Below, piece after piece: positions 60,206 through 64,000 of a stretch of DNA of 64,000 nucleotides. The stretch is taken from the NCBI GenBank assembly GCA_028534125.1, contig CM052844.1:682001-746000 (forward strand), given 5' to 3'. The notes under the pieces were generated by a model, which was not told the origin of the DNA, ran no database searches, and saw only the letters and a list, made by a program, of their open reading frames with translations. Position numbers and translations under genes: made by a program. The DNA comes from Lama glama (taxonomy: Eukaryota). Each line of letters begins with the position of its first letter. Position 1 is the first letter of the stretch.

Positions 60206-61334
60206 GAACTCAAGGAATCTCAAACATCATTTGACCTGCGTTTACCAACACGTGTGATGCTAATAGATATTAAAGGAAAACATTTCTGCGACCTCACAGG
60301 TTTAGGAAATGTTGGACTGAATAAGGCGAAACGGAGTTCATTATCCCTGGTCTCCTCGGTTCCGTGAATGCCCAGGTGACCCTGGAGAGAGGGGCTGGTG
60401 CGCGTGCCCCCAGCTCATCAGACCGAGGAGCCCCTTCCTCAGGCGCCCTCAGCATTGCAGCCCCAGGGAGCACTCCCTGTGGGCCCTGGAAGGGCTCTTA
60501 CTCTGCACGGGAGCAGAGCAAGCACCTGAAAGCGGTCTGCGGTCACCGCCGCGCTGGTGGCAGAGGCTTCTTCCTGCCGTGCCCGAGGTCTGACGCTTGC
60601 GGCCACGTGCCTCTGTCTTCTGGTAAGTCCCCTAACAGTCGTCGCAGCTGCGCTGGGGTTAGCGCCGTGCGGGAAGCAGGAGCGAGGTATCGGATGCTGG
60701 GTTTCCTCAAGAATGTTTTACGAGGTGAGTGGCCTAAGCCTCTCCCTTTCTGCTGTTTGGTAGGACAAATGGGCGCCTTTCTCTGGGTATAAGGGTGCTG
60801 CTCTGCATCAGTCTCAATCCTGCACGTTTTTTAAGAAGCGTCCTAGTGGACAGCGGGAGCCCTGGCTAGCCCTCGTCAGAACCACACGGCGGCAGAGCTG
60901 TGAGGCGGCAAGACGAGCCTCCGGAACCCTGTGGCACAAGCTTGGTCTTAGCCTGTAGTTAAGGTGCAAAAACCATGCTGCCTGCACTGCGGGTTCTCAG
61001 CGTGAAGACGCCTGTGACTGGGGCTGCTGGCCCTTGCCGTGGCCCCGGCTCTGGGCATTTGCTGGGTGTCCCTGAATGAATGACCACAATGGACTTGTTC
61101 GTCTGGCTTGGTTCATGGGCGCTTGGCTCACTCAAAACCACGGCAACACACAGATCAACCTGAGCTCGTCAGCGGGATTCGTGCTGGAGCTACTTTCAGG
61201 GGAAGTGCTTTTTCCATTCTTGGAATGACGCTGCCGAAGCCGGCAGCCGGCTGGTCGCCGCGGCAAACATCCCGGATCGCGCTTGGAGCACTGGCTACCT
61301 GTGTGCTCAGTCCCGCCCCAGGCTGGATCCCCCT

Positions 61335-61465
61335 CCTTGGACAGCTCCACCACTTCTTGTGCCTCAGTTCTCATCAGTGAAGCGCAGTTAACCAAGAGCC
61401 CTTCCCGCTCTGCAGGACTGTGGGGAAGGCAGGGAGAGTTAATCCATGTAAAAGACTTGAGGCGC
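61335..61465 (-). mobile_element. MIR remnant
   Basis: tgtgcctcagttctcatcagtgaa...ttaatccatgtaaaagactt resembles antisense MIR. Confidence 0.45.
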
Positions 61466-62314
61466 GCTGGGCGCTCGGAGGTCCGCCATCAGCCGTGATG
61501 GTCCCACCTCTGGCCCTGAGTCCTTGGACTGTCTGCCCGCGGCTCCTCCTCCCCGCGGTGGGCTGTTCGTTCCTCCAGGGCTGTGCCATCGTTGTCGACC
61601 CAGTTGGAAGAAACTTTGCTGCAGCAATGACAGCGTTTTGAGCTCCAACAGTCACGTGGGGATCAATCATCAACAATGTGTTTGATCACCTGTCACCTCG
61701 GGGCTCAGCTGGGTCCCCCTTGGACTCTGTGGAAGGTAGAGATTTGGAAACCACTCAGTGAGGACTGTCATGTCCTCATCAGAATCACGTTTTCAAGGTT
61801 GACAACAATATTGCAGTTGTTCCCTTGCTGGCGAGAGAGGCTGCACCCCCGGGGCACATGCCGCGGTTGGTCTGGGTGAGTGAGTGATGAGCCTTCACTA
61901 CGAAAGGAAAGCGGGGACGGAGCTCATGTTGCAGGCTTGTTGCCAGGCAGGCCGACTTTGGGACCGGGTGAGAACACAGCCGAGGACGTGGAGGCCGGCT
62001 ACGTCAGCCCGCCGGGCAGCCCACCCAACGCTGCAGGTGTACCTTCCGCTCTGGCGTCAAGGTGCCCGGCTAATCTCCCTTGGGAAGATTTTGTGCTTCA
62101 AGAGCCCCGTTTATGGGGGATTGTCTCTAACCAACTGCCTCCTTTAATGGAAACAAAGCCGCCAGCGAAGCACCAGCTTGCCAGTCGTGTCTGGTGCAAA
62201 GGCGTCTCCTGGTTGGAGATGACTGTGCTAAGTGGAAAGCCCACAGGGCAGGGGCCACGCAAGGATGTGTGGCTGGAGTGACCTCCTGTACACCCTTCTA
62301 CCCCGACAGCCCGT

Positions 62315-62910
62315 CCAGTCACTCAGGAGGTGCTCACCAAGCATCTACTGTGTGCCGGGCATGAGGCGGTGGGCTAGAAACACAAGAATCCACGGTGTGA
62401 AGTCCAAAGTCCAGCGAAGGAGGCAGGTAAGCTACCCAGGGCAGCATTTCCACATCCCAAGTGCAGCGACAGGGACAACGTGGCATTCCCAGCTCCAGGG
62501 TAGGACCCTCACCTGGGGCAGGAGGGAGGAGGGGGAAGTGCATCCTGGAAGGTGTGCGATGCCCCGAGGCTCACCGGACCAGTGAAGGTGTGCAAAGTGG
62601 GGATGGTGGACCAGAAAGGGCTAAGGAACCTGGGGCAACGGCCCAAAGGTGGCAGGGTGCCTTTGATGGGGATCTGGGTTCAAGGCTGGGCGTGTCCGGG
62701 GGAGGCGATCTGTGTGGGCTGAGGCTCTGGAGTTTGCCCCGAAGGCCACAAGGGATCCAAGAAGGAGAGACAGGATCGGACCGGTGTTTGATCTTCTGTG
62801 GCTGCGAAGAGACTGGACTGGGGCCAGAACGGTGCACAGGATCTAGCTGGGAGGCTGCTCTACGGGTGCCGAGAGGATGGTTTAGGGGGGCAGAGAGGAC
62901 AGGAGCGGAC
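62315..62910 (-). mobile_element. Degraded LINE-2 remnant
   Basis: caagcatctactgtgtgccgggca...gggctagaaacaca resembles the antisense L2 3' end, followed by purine-rich L2-like sequence. Confidence 0.4.
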
Positions 62911-62929
62911 AGAGAGCTGACACGCCGTC

Positions 62930-63835
62930 ATGGGCAGTGACTTGGGGGGGCGGGGGCGGGGGCGGGGGCAGGCACAGGGCGGTGCCGGGAGTGGCTCCAC
63001 GGCTTTAGCTCCGATATGCTTTCCAAGGAGGTGCGCAGCAACGGGGTTACCTGTCTGTTGGGGACGTGTGGAGATTCACTGCCCGCAGGGTGTCAGGGTG
63101 GAGGTGTCCAGGGCCGCGGCGAAGAGCTGAAAACGGCCCACGATGCGCAGTGGCTGCAGCCGCGGGGGTGAGTGAGTCACAGAGAAGCCAGAGGAGAGCG
63201 GCGAGGCCTAAACGCAGGGTCAGGACGAGGGAAGGGACGGCAGCCAGGGCCTCCCGGGGAGCGCAGGCGCCGGGCAGGGGGCCAGGGTGAGCCCGCGGGA
63301 CGACAAGCACCCGCGAGGTCCGCAGGCCAGGCGTTCAGGGCGCCCAGAACACGGGGACGGAGCTCGGTTTCCTGGAGGCAGAATCCAGAGACCCTGGTGG
63401 AGACATCGGGCTTGGAGTGGCGACTGGGGGCGAGGGGCTGGGGGTGTGGGGTGGGGACAGGGGGCTCTGAGGCGAGCCTTTGACTTGTGTGGGCTTTACT
63501 ATTTGAAGGTGGGGTCTCCGAGCGCGTGTGTACTCCGTCCGTCCACGCCGGCAAGCCGGGCGCGGTCCGGGGGTAGAGCAGCCCCTGCCGTGGGGGCGAC
63601 AGGGATGAAACCGCGCGGGGACGCAGCGGGACCGGGACCCGCAGCGGGCAGAGCCGGGAGGAGGTGGGGAGAGGAGGTGGGGGCCGGGGCGGATGCGCGG
63701 GGAGCGCACCATCCCAGCTCTGCGGGGCCCCCCGGGAAGCGGAGCGCGGAGGTGGGGCCCGCGAAGCCTGCGCTCACGTGCGCGTGCGCAGTGTTTGACG
63801 CGGGAGAGCGGTCCACACCCGCCAACGGTAGGGGC
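62930..63835. promoter_or_regulatory. Orphan promoter-like CpG island
   Basis: Dense CpG, (GGGGGC)n GC boxes at 62944-62968, overlapping CACGTG (63775-63780) and NRF1-type TGCGCGTGCGCA (63779-63790). Confidence 0.65.
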
Positions 63836-63839
63836 AACG

Positions 63840-64000
63840 TTTTTATTCAGGCACAGTTGATGTACCATGTTGCGTTGATTTCTGGTGTACAGCACAGTGA
63901 TTCAGTACATACATTCCTTTTCATGTTCACAGCAGGACCTTGTTGTTCATCTATTTTATGTTTAGTAGCGTGTGTCTGCAAATCCCAGTCTCCTGATTTA
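63840..64000 (-). mobile_element. LINE-1 3' end, running off the window
   Basis: ttttatt...cagttgatgtac...tctggtgtacagcacagtgattcagt...gtgtgtctgcaaatcccagtctcct, homologous to the copy at 39832-40050. Confidence 0.8.

Overview
Mammalian genomic DNA, GC- and CpG-rich, with seven N gaps. A Vic-1-like tRNA-derived SINE suggests a camelid. The window holds one protein-coding gene, SALL3 (spalt-like C2H2 zinc-finger transcription factor), on the minus strand. Coding exon 2 is 14059-10581 and exon 3 is 9471-9040. The coding part of exon 1 is hidden in the N gap at 25786-26098, inside a promoter CpG island with a TATA box at 26357-26352. The rest is non-coding: an ~11.7 kb intron 1, a 3' UTR that may extend ~2.2 kb, and ~37 kb of gene-free upstream sequence with orphan CpG islands, candidate homeodomain/PBX enhancers and L1/L2/MIR/SINE remnants. 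I see no new multi-gene system. The most interesting signals are post-transcriptional switches in SALL3: an in-frame 216-nt exitron that removes exactly one zinc-finger pair, an in-frame cryptic donor among RBFOX motifs that would break the last finger, an AUG-UGA start-stop element in the leader, and a Pumilio-site distal UTR. A G-rich E-box minisatellite also sits in an upstream CpG island. All motif-based claims are unverified predictions.
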